Of a stretch of 64,000 nt of DNA, positions 40,265 to 49,613 are shown in pieces. The stretch's first letter is position 1. The number at the start of each line of letters is the position of its first letter. The DNA lies in the NCBI GenBank assembly GCA_963816145.1, contig CAWFJP010000004.1:524377-588376 (forward strand). The letters run 5' to 3'. The notes under the pieces are model-generated. The model made no database searches, was not told the DNA's origin, and saw only the letters and a list, made by a program, of their open reading frames with translations. A program made the translations under genes and the position numbers. This DNA comes from an uncultured delta proteobacterium (lineage in GTDB: Bacteria; Desulfobacterota; Binatia; UBA9968).

Positions 40265-40975
40265 TTGAAGCGCCGTTTGGTCGAAGGTATTCAGGTAATC
40301 ACCGGCGAAGGCGTGCTCACCGGCTCGGGTCACTTGAGCGCGCGCATCCCCGGCACCGATACGTTCCTGATCAATCCGCGCTTTGCCGGCGTGCTCGCCG
40401 ATCCGAAGGATATTTGCACGGTGACGTTCGACGGCAAGCGGATCGCCGGCAAAGGGCCGATCCCTTCGGAGTCGCCGATTCACGCCGCGGTTTATCGGGC
40501 GCGGCCGGATGTCGGCAGCGTGATACATTGCCACGCGCGCTATTCGATCCTCGTCGGTTTGCTGGACCGGGGTTTGGTGCCGTTCAACCGTGAAGCGCGG
40601 ATTTTTGCCGACGGCGTGCCGGTGTTTCACGATAGCCGCGGTATCAACGACTTCGCGCTGGCCGAGCGTATGGTCGACAATCTCGGGCCGCACTGGGCGA
40701 CGTTTCTACGCGGCCATGGTATCGTCGTGGCGGGTCCGGGGATCGAAGGTGTCTGTATCTCGGCGATCCAGCTCGAACGGGCCTGCCAGGATCAACTGTT
40801 GATGATGAGCATTACCGAGGTGAAACCGATGACCGACGCCGGGCGCGGCCGCAATTCGGCGCGCTTGGAAAATCCCTACCGAGCTTGGCCGTTCCTTCTA
40901 TGGAAACACAAGGTGAAGTCGAAGACGCAGATTCGCGCGGGCATTCGGACATTGAAAGAAGGCGAGCATTATTAA
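40265..40975 (+). CDS. Class II aldolase/adducin family protein
   Basis: SGHLSAR, ESPIHAAVYRARPDVGSVIHCH, LRGHG. Confidence 0.87.
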   Translation: MKRRLVEGIQVITGEGVLTGSGHLSARIPGTDTFLINPRFAGVLADPKDICTVTFDGKRIAGKGPIPSESPIHAAVYRARPDVGSVIHCHARYSILVGLLDRGLVPFNREARIFADGVPVFHDSRGINDFALAERMVDNLGPHWATFLRGHGIVVAGPGIEGVCISAIQLERACQDQLLMMSITEVKPMTDAGRGRNSARLENPYRAWPFLLWKHKVKSKTQIRAGIRTLKEGEHY

Positions 40976-41030
40976 TGGCACAGCTTGATAGGATGAGTTT
41001 ACCGCTGCGTCCGGTGCACACTTTCCGATT

Positions 41031-41130
41031 CCTTCCCCCTCGACGGGGGAAGGTTAGGATGGGGGTGCTGCGCACGCCGTATAGATTGATTGGCACCCCC
41101 ACCTCTGTCCTCCCCCATCGAGGGGGAGGA
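41031..41130. repeat. CCCC-type REP doublet, uninterrupted reference copy
   Basis: CCTTCCCCCTCGACGGGGGAAGGTTAGGATGGGGGTGC...GCACCCCCACCTCTGTCCTCCCCCATCGAGGGGGAGG. Confidence 0.85.
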
Positions 41131-41157
41131 TGTTGGATGGGCCGGAATTTTCAGCTA

Positions 41158-42171
41158 ATGCACCGAGCAGTAATTGCGCTGGCATTATTCTTCTATTCAT
41201 TGGCATATTCGCCCTTCACGCTTTCCGCCCAGGACAAGAAGCTCGACTCTTTCACCATCTCCTACGCGTCGGTTTCCGGCACGCGGGCGCCGTTGTGGAT
41301 CGCCAAGGATTTAGGGCTGTTCGAGAAATATGGACTCGACGGCAATCTGGTTTACATCGCCTCGGGCGTGACTTCGGTCAACGCGCTGCTCGGCGGCAGC
41401 GTCGATATTATCGCGGCGTCCGGCTCCTCAGCCGTCGGCGCGGCGGCGCGCGGCGCGCCGCTGGTGATCATCGCTAGCTTGGGTCATATCGCCTATAAAC
41501 TGATCGCCCATCCGTCGATCACTTCGGTCCAAGGACTGCGCGGCAAGATTATCGGCTCGAGCCGCATCGGCGCAGGGACCGATTTCGCATTGCAACGGTT
41601 GCTGCCCAAATTGGGCCTCACGCCGGGAAAAGATGTCACGCTGCTGCCCACCGGCATCAGCGAATCGGACCGCCGCCTGTTGATGCTGGTGCAGGGTAGG
41701 ATCGATGCGACGCTCGGCACCGAGGACAATCTTCTGCAGCTCGCCGCGCGCGGCATGAACTTCAACGTCCTTGCCGATGTCTATGAAGCCGGTGTGTACA
41801 CCACCGGCAGCGATATCGCCACCAGCCGCGCGCTGCTCAAACAGAAACCGCGCCAGCTCAAAGCGTTTCTCATGGCGATCACCGAAGGCACCTACATCGG
41901 CCGCACCCAAAAAGAAGTGGCGCTGCGGATCTATCGAAAGTATCTGAAGATCGAAGACCCGAAGATGCTCGACTCGATGCATAAAAATTATTTACTCGGC
42001 TCGATTCCGGCGCGGCCGTTTCCCAAGGAAGAGGCGATCCAGAACGACATCGAAGACCTGAGCAGCAGCTACCCGCATCTGAAGGGCCGGCGGGCGGCGG
42101 AGTTCCTCGATATCTCCTTGCTCAAGAGCATGGAGGACGAGGGGTTTTTCAAAAAACTTTACGGTAAATAA
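41158..42171 (+). CDS. NitT/TauT substrate-binding protein
   Basis: Signal peptide; PLWIAKDLGLFEKYGLD; LRGKIIGSSRIG; EGFFKKLY. Confidence 0.87.
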   Translation: MHRAVIALALFFYSLAYSPFTLSAQDKKLDSFTISYASVSGTRAPLWIAKDLGLFEKYGLDGNLVYIASGVTSVNALLGGSVDIIAASGSSAVGAAARGAPLVIIASLGHIAYKLIAHPSITSVQGLRGKIIGSSRIGAGTDFALQRLLPKLGLTPGKDVTLLPTGISESDRRLLMLVQGRIDATLGTEDNLLQLAARGMNFNVLADVYEAGVYTTGSDIATSRALLKQKPRQLKAFLMAITEGTYIGRTQKEVALRIYRKYLKIEDPKMLDSMHKNYLLGSIPARPFPKEEAIQNDIEDLSSSYPHLKGRRAAEFLDISLLKSMEDEGFFKKLYGK

Positions 42172-42196
42172 CGGTTGTCCCGTCGAACGACCCGCT

Positions 42197-42610
42197 TTGA
42201 AACAAACCAAACCGCGCTTACTTCAATACGAACTTCCCGGTGGATGGACCGTGCTCGCGGGCGCCACCGACGCGGACAACGATTATCTGAGCACCGAACT
42301 GGCGGAACCCAATGACTGGTGGTTTCACGCCGACAGCGTGCCGGGCAGCCATGTGATCCTGCGCGCCAAACCGGATGCCGAGCCGAGCCGGGAAACGCTG
42401 CGCCAGGCGGCGTCGGTGGCGTTGTACCACAGCAAGGCGCGCAATGCCGGGCTCGCTCCCGTGCACTGCACTCAGGCGCGCAACGTCAAGAAGCCGCGCG
42501 GTGTCAAAACCGGCACCGTCCAGGTATCCAAAGGTACAGTACTCAAAGTGCGCCCCGATATCAGTTTCGCCGTGCGCGTCAGCGGCGCGCCGAAGCCGGC
42601 TGCTGAGTAG
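42197..42610 (+). CDS. Stand-alone NFACT RNA-binding (DUF814) domain protein
   Basis: NDYLS...DWWFHADSVPGSHVIL, AASVALYHSKAR, NVKKPRG. Confidence 0.85.
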   Translation: MKQTKPRLLQYELPGGWTVLAGATDADNDYLSTELAEPNDWWFHADSVPGSHVILRAKPDAEPSRETLRQAASVALYHSKARNAGLAPVHCTQARNVKKPRGVKTGTVQVSKGTVLKVRPDISFAVRVSGAPKPAAE

Positions 42611-42625
42611 GGACTACGAGCTTCT

Positions 42626-43553
42626 ATGCAAAAACTCACTTTGGCCTACCGGGATGACGATCGCACCCCGGTGATCTTCGCCATTCGCGAGATGGCCCGG
42701 CGCCATTACGGTCTCATGGTGAAGATCGTCCGCATCAAGGGTGGCGACGCCTACGAAGCGGCGCTTTTCAACGGTGCCGCGGATATCATCATCGAACATC
42801 TCGAATATCTTTACGACGAAGCGGTCAAGGGCAAGAAGGTGCTGATTTTCTGCGCGCCGAGCAAAGGCGGCGGGCTCGATCTGGTGGTGCGGCCAGAGGT
42901 TCGGAGTGTGGAAGAGTTGCGCGGTCAGACCATGGCCGTCCGTTCCCATGGCCAACCGCACGCGGTGACGTTGTGGCTGCGCATGCTGGGATTGGAAAAA
43001 GATGTCGCCACCTTGATCGTCCACGACAAGGATGTCGGCCGCTGGGGCCAGTGGAAGAAAGTCGTCAGCGGCGAGTGCGTTGCCACCTTCATGTCGCCTT
43101 TGTACTTGCCCGAAGCATTGAATGCCGGGTTGAAAAGTCCTTGAGGTTCCCGACATTCCCATCGTCGGCCAATTCGCCCAGGCTTGCCTGGCCGAATTCG
43201 GCCGAAAGAATGACGCCGTGATGCGCGCCTATGTGCAGTCGGTCCTGCACGCGTTGGTTTGGCTGACCCATCGTCCCGGAGAAGCCCTGGCTACGCTGGC
43301 GCCAGAGCTGAAAGCCTGCATGGAAATCGCCGATGACAGCGAGCTCAAACGCCGCTTCGATGCGGTAGTCACCGGCTTAAAAATCCGTCCCTATCCGACG
43401 CTGCAAGCGATCGCCAACACCTACGAGATTGCCGTCATGGAGTACCCCGACGCGAAAGGGTTGAATCCGCTGTCGCTGTGGGATTTGCATTGGGTGAAGG
43501 ATCTCGATGATGGCGGTTTTATCGATGGACTAGTTCGGCAGCTGTCGGCGTAA
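42626..43553 (+). CDS. NitT/TauT-fold protein without signal peptide, frameshifts near 43135-43210
   Basis: VEELRGQTMAV; C-terminus PLSLWDLHWV...GFIDGL matches 13466-14407. Confidence 0.7.
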
Positions 43554-43567
43554 TCCGAGTCCCAATT

Positions 43568-44214
43568 CCGTCATTCCGGTGAAAACCGGAATCCAGGTTC
43601 GTTTTCCGTTCAAAGGCAAAGACTGGACACCGGCTTTCGCCGGTGTGACGATGGGATGCGGGACTCTGGGATTTTTTCTTACACTGCCGGGATTTGTCAA
43701 TTCCCTCGGATCGAAATAGTATGGCTACGGTGTTCGACCAGTGAAGCAACCCTGCGTTTACATTTTGGCAAGTAGACGCAATGGAACTTTGTATGCGGGT
43801 GTGACATCCGATTTGATGCAGCGGATTTGGCAGCACAGGAACGACCAGGTTGAAGGATTTACGAAGCGCTACGGTGCACAAATTAGTCTGGTATGAAATC
43901 TGCGGTCAATGGAGTTGCAATTGCGCGCGAAAAAGCGATCAAGGAATGGAAACGGACTTGGAAGATCGAGCTGATTGAAAAAGCAAATCCCGAGTGGCGC
44001 GACTTGTATGCTGAACTGCTTTGAGTGGACACCGGCTTTCGCCGGTGTGACGAAGAAGGGACCGATGTTAGGTGTCGGGGTGCTGAATGTCAGGATGCCG
44101 ACGCAGCTAGGCCACACCGTCCGTCATTCCGGCGCAGGCCGGAATCCAGGTTGGGTGCGGGGGCGTGGCGAATTAGACGCAGAAGATGGACACCGGCTTC
44201 CGCCGGTGTGACGA
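43568..44214. repeat. Cluster of five GTCA-type REP palindromes
   Basis: CCGTCATTCCGG...CCGGAATCCAGG at 43568-43597 and 44121-44150; TGGACACCGGCTT(T/C)CGCCGGTGTGACGA at ~43624-43651, 44026-44053 and 44187-44214. Confidence 0.9.
43741..44024 (+). CDS. GIY-YIG nuclease (small YhbQ-like), frameshifted; absent from the ORF track
   Basis: Manual translation MKQPCVYILASRRNGTLYAGVTSDLMQRIWQH...GFTKRYG / HKLVWYE / AIAREKAIKEWKRTWKIELIEKANPEWRDLY. Confidence 0.88.
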
Positions 44215-44249
44215 TGTGATTGTGTGATTCTGTCGAGAGGTGGACTTTT

Positions 44250-45515
44250 ATGATTGCCGCTGAAGAAAACCAGCTTTTAACCCAAACCGATCGCGGAACT
44301 CCATGCGGCGAATTGATGCGGCGATACTGGCAGCCGGTGGCGTTGAGCGAAGAGCTGCCTGCCGGCGGCGCGCCGCTCAAAGTGAAGATCCTCGGCGAAG
44401 AGCTGGCGTTGTTCCGCGACGATCAGGGGCGGCCCGGTTTGATCGGCCTGCACTGCTCGCACCGCGGCACCGACTTGAGCTATGGCCGGGTCGAGGACGG
44501 CGGGCTGCGCTGCCTCTATCATGGCTGGCTCTACGATATTTGCGGCCGGGTGATCGATCAACCGGGCGAGCCCGGCGGCGGCGCCAACAAGGCGGCGATT
44601 CGGCATCCGGCTTATCCCTGTCAGGAAGTCGGCGGAATCATTCTCGCCTACATGGGACCGGGCGAGCCGCCGCTCGTGCCCAATTATGAATTCCTCAAAG
44701 TCGCGCCGGAATATCGCACGGTGGTCAAAGTGATGTACGAGTGCAACTATTTGCAGGGCAACGAAGGCAACATCGATCCGGTGCACTTATCGTTCCTGCA
44801 TCAAATTTTAGATGAGGCGCAGATCGCCCGCCGGCGCGTCGTCCAAGCCGTCAACGCGTCGGATAATACGTTGCTCGCCAAAGACGTGGCGCCGACCATC
44901 GAGGTCGCGGTGATGAACTTCGGTCTGCGAATTTCTACCCTGCGCGATGCCAGCGCCGACAAGCGCTATCTGCGCACGACCAATTTTATCATGCCCAATC
45001 TGGCGGCCTTTGGCGGCTCGACGGTGGGCGAGGGCTATGCGGTGCACTGGCATGTGCCGATCGACGATCACCATCACTGGAAATATATCTTTGCCTTTAG
45101 CCGCAGCGGTCCTTTGGATGAGTTCTTGCGCACGCGCAGCCGCGCTGAATTGACCGCCGATTACCGCCTGACCAAAAATGCCGCGAACCGTTACCAACAG
45201 GACCGCGCGTCGATGCAGACTCAGACTTTCACCGGCCTGGGCACCAACTTTCAAGTGCACGACGCCTTCGCCACCGAGAGCCAGGGACCGGTGCAGAATC
45301 GCACGGAAGAAAATCTTGTCTCGTCGGACAAAGCGATCGTGGCGGCGCGCAAACTGATCTTGAACGGCATCAAAGACGTGCGGGAAGGCCGCGATCCGCA
45401 GCATGTGGTACGCGATCCCAAAGCCAATGCTTTTCCCAACTTGGTGGTAATCTCCGATGTGATCGCGAAATCGATGGATTGGAAAGAGTACACGCGGAGC
45501 AGGGAAGTTAAATAG
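44250..45515 (+). CDS. Rieske oxygenase alpha subunit
   Basis: CSHRG...CLYHGW; EGNIDPVHLSFLH; HDAFATESQG. Confidence 0.9.
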   Translation: MIAAEENQLLTQTDRGTPCGELMRRYWQPVALSEELPAGGAPLKVKILGEELALFRDDQGRPGLIGLHCSHRGTDLSYGRVEDGGLRCLYHGWLYDICGRVIDQPGEPGGGANKAAIRHPAYPCQEVGGIILAYMGPGEPPLVPNYEFLKVAPEYRTVVKVMYECNYLQGNEGNIDPVHLSFLHQILDEAQIARRRVVQAVNASDNTLLAKDVAPTIEVAVMNFGLRISTLRDASADKRYLRTTNFIMPNLAAFGGSTVGEGYAVHWHVPIDDHHHWKYIFAFSRSGPLDEFLRTRSRAELTADYRLTKNAANRYQQDRASMQTQTFTGLGTNFQVHDAFATESQGPVQNRTEENLVSSDKAIVAARKLILNGIKDVREGRDPQHVVRDPKANAFPNLVVISDVIAKSMDWKEYTRSREVK

Positions 45516-45570
45516 CCACGCCCCTCGGTCGTGGCTCAGTAGCATAGTAATCCTGGGGGTGTGCGTTCAA

Positions 45571-45639
45571 GAGATTTCTCGCTGCGCTCGAAATGACAGA
45601 TGTGAGTCTCTGTCATCCCGAACGAAGAGAGGGATCTCG
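45571..45639. repeat. GTCA-type REP doublet (opposite arrangement)
   Basis: GAGATTTCTCGCTGCGCTCGAAATGACA...TGTCATCCCGAACGAAGAGAGGGATCTC. Confidence 0.82.
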
Positions 45640-45686
45640 CCGCAATGAACCAGCGATGGCTGATACGAACTGAACGGGGAGCCGAT

Positions 45687-46662
45687 ATGCCAAGGAAACT
45701 CTTTATCTTGATTTGCTTGCTGATCCTGCCCTCAGCGGCGGTGGCCCAGGAACACTATTTCATTGCCTATGCCGGTTTCGCCGGTTTTCAGTCGCCACTA
45801 TGGGCGACCAAGGAACTCGGTCTGCTTGACCAAATACGGCATCAATGCCGACTTGATTTTGACGCCCGGTTCGACGCGGCAGATTCAGGCCATGCTCGGC
45901 AATAGCGTGCATTTCGCCCAAGTCGATGCTGTGACGACGATCAACGCCATCGCCCAAGGCGCCGACCTGGTGATGATCTCCGGTTCGCTCAATACGTTTC
46001 CGTTCAGCTTCGTCGCCCAGAAAGAGATTCGCAAGCCTGAGGATCTCGCCGGCAAGAAAGTCGGCATCGTCGGATTCGGCGGCGCCAACGAGCTGGCGGT
46101 GCTGTTGGCACTCAAAGAATGGAACATGGCGCGCCAGTCGGTGACGATCCTGCAAGCCGGCGGCGCGCCGCAGCGCTATTTGGCGCTTATGACCAAAGCG
46201 CTCGACGCCACGGTATTGGCCCAGCCCGAAATCGGCGAAGCCCAGCGCATGGGCATGAGCGTGCTGGCGCATATGCGCGATATGAAAACCGCGGCATTCC
46301 CGATGAACGCCATGGTGGTACGCCGGTCATTCCTCCAGCGGAATCGCGAGTTGGTGAAGCGTTACCAGCAGGCCTACGCCGAGGCGACCTATCAGATGAT
46401 CCATAACAAGGAGAGAGCGACCGCGGTGCTGACCAAGTGGCTGCAGCAGAAAAATCCCAAAGCGATCGAAGAGACCTATCAGTACGTCGCCACCAGCTTC
46501 GCTTTTCCCACGCGCATCTCGCCGCAAGGCATCCGCAACACCTTGGACATGGTGGCGGAGAAAAATCCCAAGATCGATCGGAACATCGCGAAGTATGTCG
46601 ATGAAAGCACCCTCGATGAACTCGAAAAAGAGGGATTCTTCAAGCGCATCACTGGGAAGTGA
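45687..46662 (+). CDS. NitT/TauT substrate-binding protein, frameshift near 45825
   Basis: Signal peptide and SPLWATKELGLL in one frame, KYGINADL...EGFFKRI in the next. Confidence 0.82.
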
Positions 46663-46815
46663 TGCGCGTTCCAACTGTTCCAGCCGTTCCAATGGTTCCA
46701 ACTGTTTGGGCCCATGCGACGCGGGCGAACTGACGATTGGAACTTGAACTGAGCGAAGCGGTTGAACGACTTGAACGTTTTGAACAAACCGACCGCAGGG
46801 AGGTTTGTGAGGTTT

Positions 46816-47640
46816 ATGCTTACGAGAATCCAACACTTTGCCATCGTCAGCGAAAACTTCGTCCGTGAAGCCAAGTTCTTCGAGACCGCTTTCGGCATGA
46901 AGCGGTCGAAGCCGGGGTCGGAAGAAGAGCAGAAGGCGATCCGAACCAACTACGCCGTCAGCATCGGCGACGGCTACGTCGGCGTCACCATGATCGGCCG
47001 CAAGCCCGGTTACGTGCCCGGGCTGCATCATTTCGGCGTCGACGTGGACGACGTCGAAGAGGCGATCCGGCGCATCAAGAAGAAATATCCCCAGGTCGCC
47101 GTGCTGAAGCGGCCGTCGAACCGGCCGTTCGCCACCTACGGCGCCCATGACCCGGAGGGCAATTACTTCGATCTGACGCAGGAGGGCATGGCGAACCGCC
47201 GCGATGTCTATGTTGAGCAACAACGCGAAGCGCCGCGCCGCATTCACCATCTCAAACTGCGGGTCATGAACGCGCCGATGATCGCCGAGTTTTTCCGCGA
47301 TAGCTTCGATCTCAAAGAAGCCGAGAAAGCCTTGGAAGATCCCAACTTCTATCTCACCGACGGCAGAATGACGCTCATCATCGCACCGTGGAAAATGTCG
47401 GACTTCGAGGGCGCCGGCATCGACCGTCCCGGCCTCGAGCATGTCGGCTTTCAAGTCGAAAACGTCGAAACGGTAAAAAAAGAATTAATCGCCCTGCGCG
47501 ACCAAGACCCCGACATGCGCGAGCGCATCATCGCCGAGCGCAGCGAAGGCGAGCGGCGTGAAGCGCTGATCGCCGGATGCCGCTACTGCAAGCACGTGAC
47601 CTCGAGCCCGGACGGGGTGTTCGTGGATATCTGCCAATGA
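46816..47640 (+). CDS. Two-domain VOC/glyoxalase family protein
   Basis: RIQHFAI, GLHHFGVDVDD, DPEGNYFDL, RIHHLKL, GLEHVGFQVE. Confidence 0.82.
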   Translation: MLTRIQHFAIVSENFVREAKFFETAFGMKRSKPGSEEEQKAIRTNYAVSIGDGYVGVTMIGRKPGYVPGLHHFGVDVDDVEEAIRRIKKKYPQVAVLKRPSNRPFATYGAHDPEGNYFDLTQEGMANRRDVYVEQQREAPRRIHHLKLRVMNAPMIAEFFRDSFDLKEAEKALEDPNFYLTDGRMTLIIAPWKMSDFEGAGIDRPGLEHVGFQVENVETVKKELIALRDQDPDMRERIIAERSEGERREALIAGCRYCKHVTSSPDGVFVDICQ

Positions 47641-47720
47641 CGCGACACCGATTTTTCAACATGCAAGAGGTCTCGGAATACCAGAACTAACACCTGACCT
47701 AGCGGTACTGGAGAATACTC

Positions 47721-48833
47721 ATGGCTGGCGTCGTCGATGCGGATACACATATTATCGAACATCCTGGGATGTGGGAGCTCTTTGACCCGAAACTTTATCC
47801 ACGTCGACCGGTATTGGCGTCGACCACCGATAACAGTGTCTACGGACATAACAACCAGGTCTGGTTGATCGATGGCGTGGCCGTGCCCAAGCGCTTTGGC
47901 AAAGGCAGTGCCATTGTCGCCGTGGGTGGGTCCGACGCGGAAGAGGCGCGCACGGACATTGCAAAGGCGGTGCGCTACATCACCGACGCCACCGCGCGGG
48001 TAAGAGACATGGACATGCGCGGCGTCGACGCTGAAGTCGTATTTCCGACCCTGTTACTGGGTTACCTGCCGGTGGAGGTCGACCTGGAGGTGGCCATCTG
48101 CGCTGCCTACAACCGTTACCTGGCAAAAGCCTGGGAACAGGGCGGCGATCGCTTGCGCTGGGTTGTCGTCCCACCGCTGCGGGACATACAGGCTTCGGTG
48201 CGCGAGATCGAAACCGCGCGTGACCACGGCGCGGTGGGCGTGTTCTTTCGCGGCGTAGAGGGGGAGCGCTCCCTGGCAGAGTCGTATTTTTTTCCGGTGT
48301 ACGAGGCCGCCAACCGGTTGGGTATGGCCATTTGCATTCACACCGGCGCCGGTGCGCCGGAAATCACTAAAGTCTTTGACCGCAGCTTCAGCCACAACTT
48401 GCCGCACGTGCGCTCGCTGCCGCTGTTCGCCTTTCGCGACCTCGTGGCGCACAAAATTCCCGAACGCTTCCCGGAACTGCGGTTTGGCTTCATCGAGGCG
48501 TCGGCCTCCTGGGTACCCTACGTGCTACACCACCTCCAACGGTCCAGCGGCGCCAAACTCAACTCCGGCGGCGACGCCGATGCAGCCATGGAGTGGGGTC
48601 CGAAGCTATTCAGAGACTACCGGCTCTACGTTGCCGCCGAGGCGGACGAAGACCTGGCCTATCTCCTGACTCATATTGGCGAAGACAACATGATCATGGG
48701 CTCGGATTACGGCCACCAGGATCAATCCAAAGAAGATGGTATGGTGGGTGTGATGCGGCGCAAGAAAAGCATAGCGCCGGCGGTGATCGAAAAAATTCTC
48801 TGCGACAACCCGCGTCGCTTCTACGGACTGTAG
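47721..48833 (+). CDS. Amidohydrolase family (Amidohydro_2) protein
   Basis: VDADTHIIE, AICIHTG, FGFIEASASWVP, GSDYGH, ILCDNPRRFYGL. Confidence 0.88.
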   Translation: MAGVVDADTHIIEHPGMWELFDPKLYPRRPVLASTTDNSVYGHNNQVWLIDGVAVPKRFGKGSAIVAVGGSDAEEARTDIAKAVRYITDATARVRDMDMRGVDAEVVFPTLLLGYLPVEVDLEVAICAAYNRYLAKAWEQGGDRLRWVVVPPLRDIQASVREIETARDHGAVGVFFRGVEGERSLAESYFFPVYEAANRLGMAICIHTGAGAPEITKVFDRSFSHNLPHVRSLPLFAFRDLVAHKIPERFPELRFGFIEASASWVPYVLHHLQRSSGAKLNSGGDADAAMEWGPKLFRDYRLYVAAEADEDLAYLLTHIGEDNMIMGSDYGHQDQSKEDGMVGVMRRKKSIAPAVIEKILCDNPRRFYGL

Positions 48834-48907
48834 CGGGGGAGGCTGTTCGGGGCACATTGGAAGGTTCGAGTAGATATGGCATTATTGTTATCGGCCGGAG
48901 GCGAGTT

Positions 48908-49099
48908 ATGACAAGTTCTGCAAAGGCGATTTTGGATTCCTTCGATGCGCTTCCTGATACCGAGAAACGGGACGTTGTGCGTGCCATACTCCAGCGCGCC
49001 CTGCGCTTGGATTCACCGCCTCTTACTGATGAAGAGCTGGTGGCACAAGCCGAAGATATTTTTCTCGAGTTAGACAAGCGCGAAGCCGCGGATGGCTAA
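48908..49099 (+). CDS. Putative antitoxin
   Basis: 63-aa acidic-tailed protein overlapping the start of a PemK-like gene. Confidence 0.65.
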   Translation: MTSSAKAILDSFDALPDTEKRDVVRAILQRALRLDSPPLTDEELVAQAEDIFLELDKREAADG

Positions 49100-49524
49100 A
49101 GCAAATCGCGGCGAAGTTTGGATCGTCGACTTGGGTTTGGCCGCTAACTCCGTCCTTGTTTGGTTCTCAGTGTTCCTTTTTCCGATCAAGAACGCTCACT
49201 TAATACAGCAGTTGCTCATACTACGAGTCCTCGGGGTGGCGATTTGAAGTCACAGTGCGCGCGATGTTTCTAAAAGCGGGTGTCTTCGATGCGCAGAATC
49301 TCGTGACCATCCCAGAAGCCAGATTGATTCGGCGCGTCGGTGCGCTTCGAGCGGAAGATCTGAAATCGGTGGAAGCCTCGGTACGAGCTTGGCTTGGCCT
49401 TCAATCGGCGCCGCCCCCCAATATTGTTGCTCCACTGTGCAGTCGATGCCCCGCGAAGGCGAACCGAGTACTCCACTTGATCGCTTCATGCTGTGGCGCG
49501 CAGCATGCGTGGGTAGCCCAGTAA
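49092..49524 (+). pseudogene. PemK/MazF-family toxin, frameshifted as assembled
   Basis: MAKANRGEVWIVDLG.. / RPCLVLS...HTTS / FDAQNLVTIP...VRAWLGL; homology ends near 49402. Confidence 0.75.
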
Positions 49525-49613
49525 CTCACAAGTAAAGATGCGACTCTGATGGCGCTGCTGATGGCGCTATTCAGAGACTACCGGCTCTACATTGGAAGAA
49601 AGGGGTCAGACTT

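Noticed and set aside
46327-47454. 375-aa minus-strand ORF
   Set aside because: Antisense to the SBP and VOC genes and crosses a repeat.
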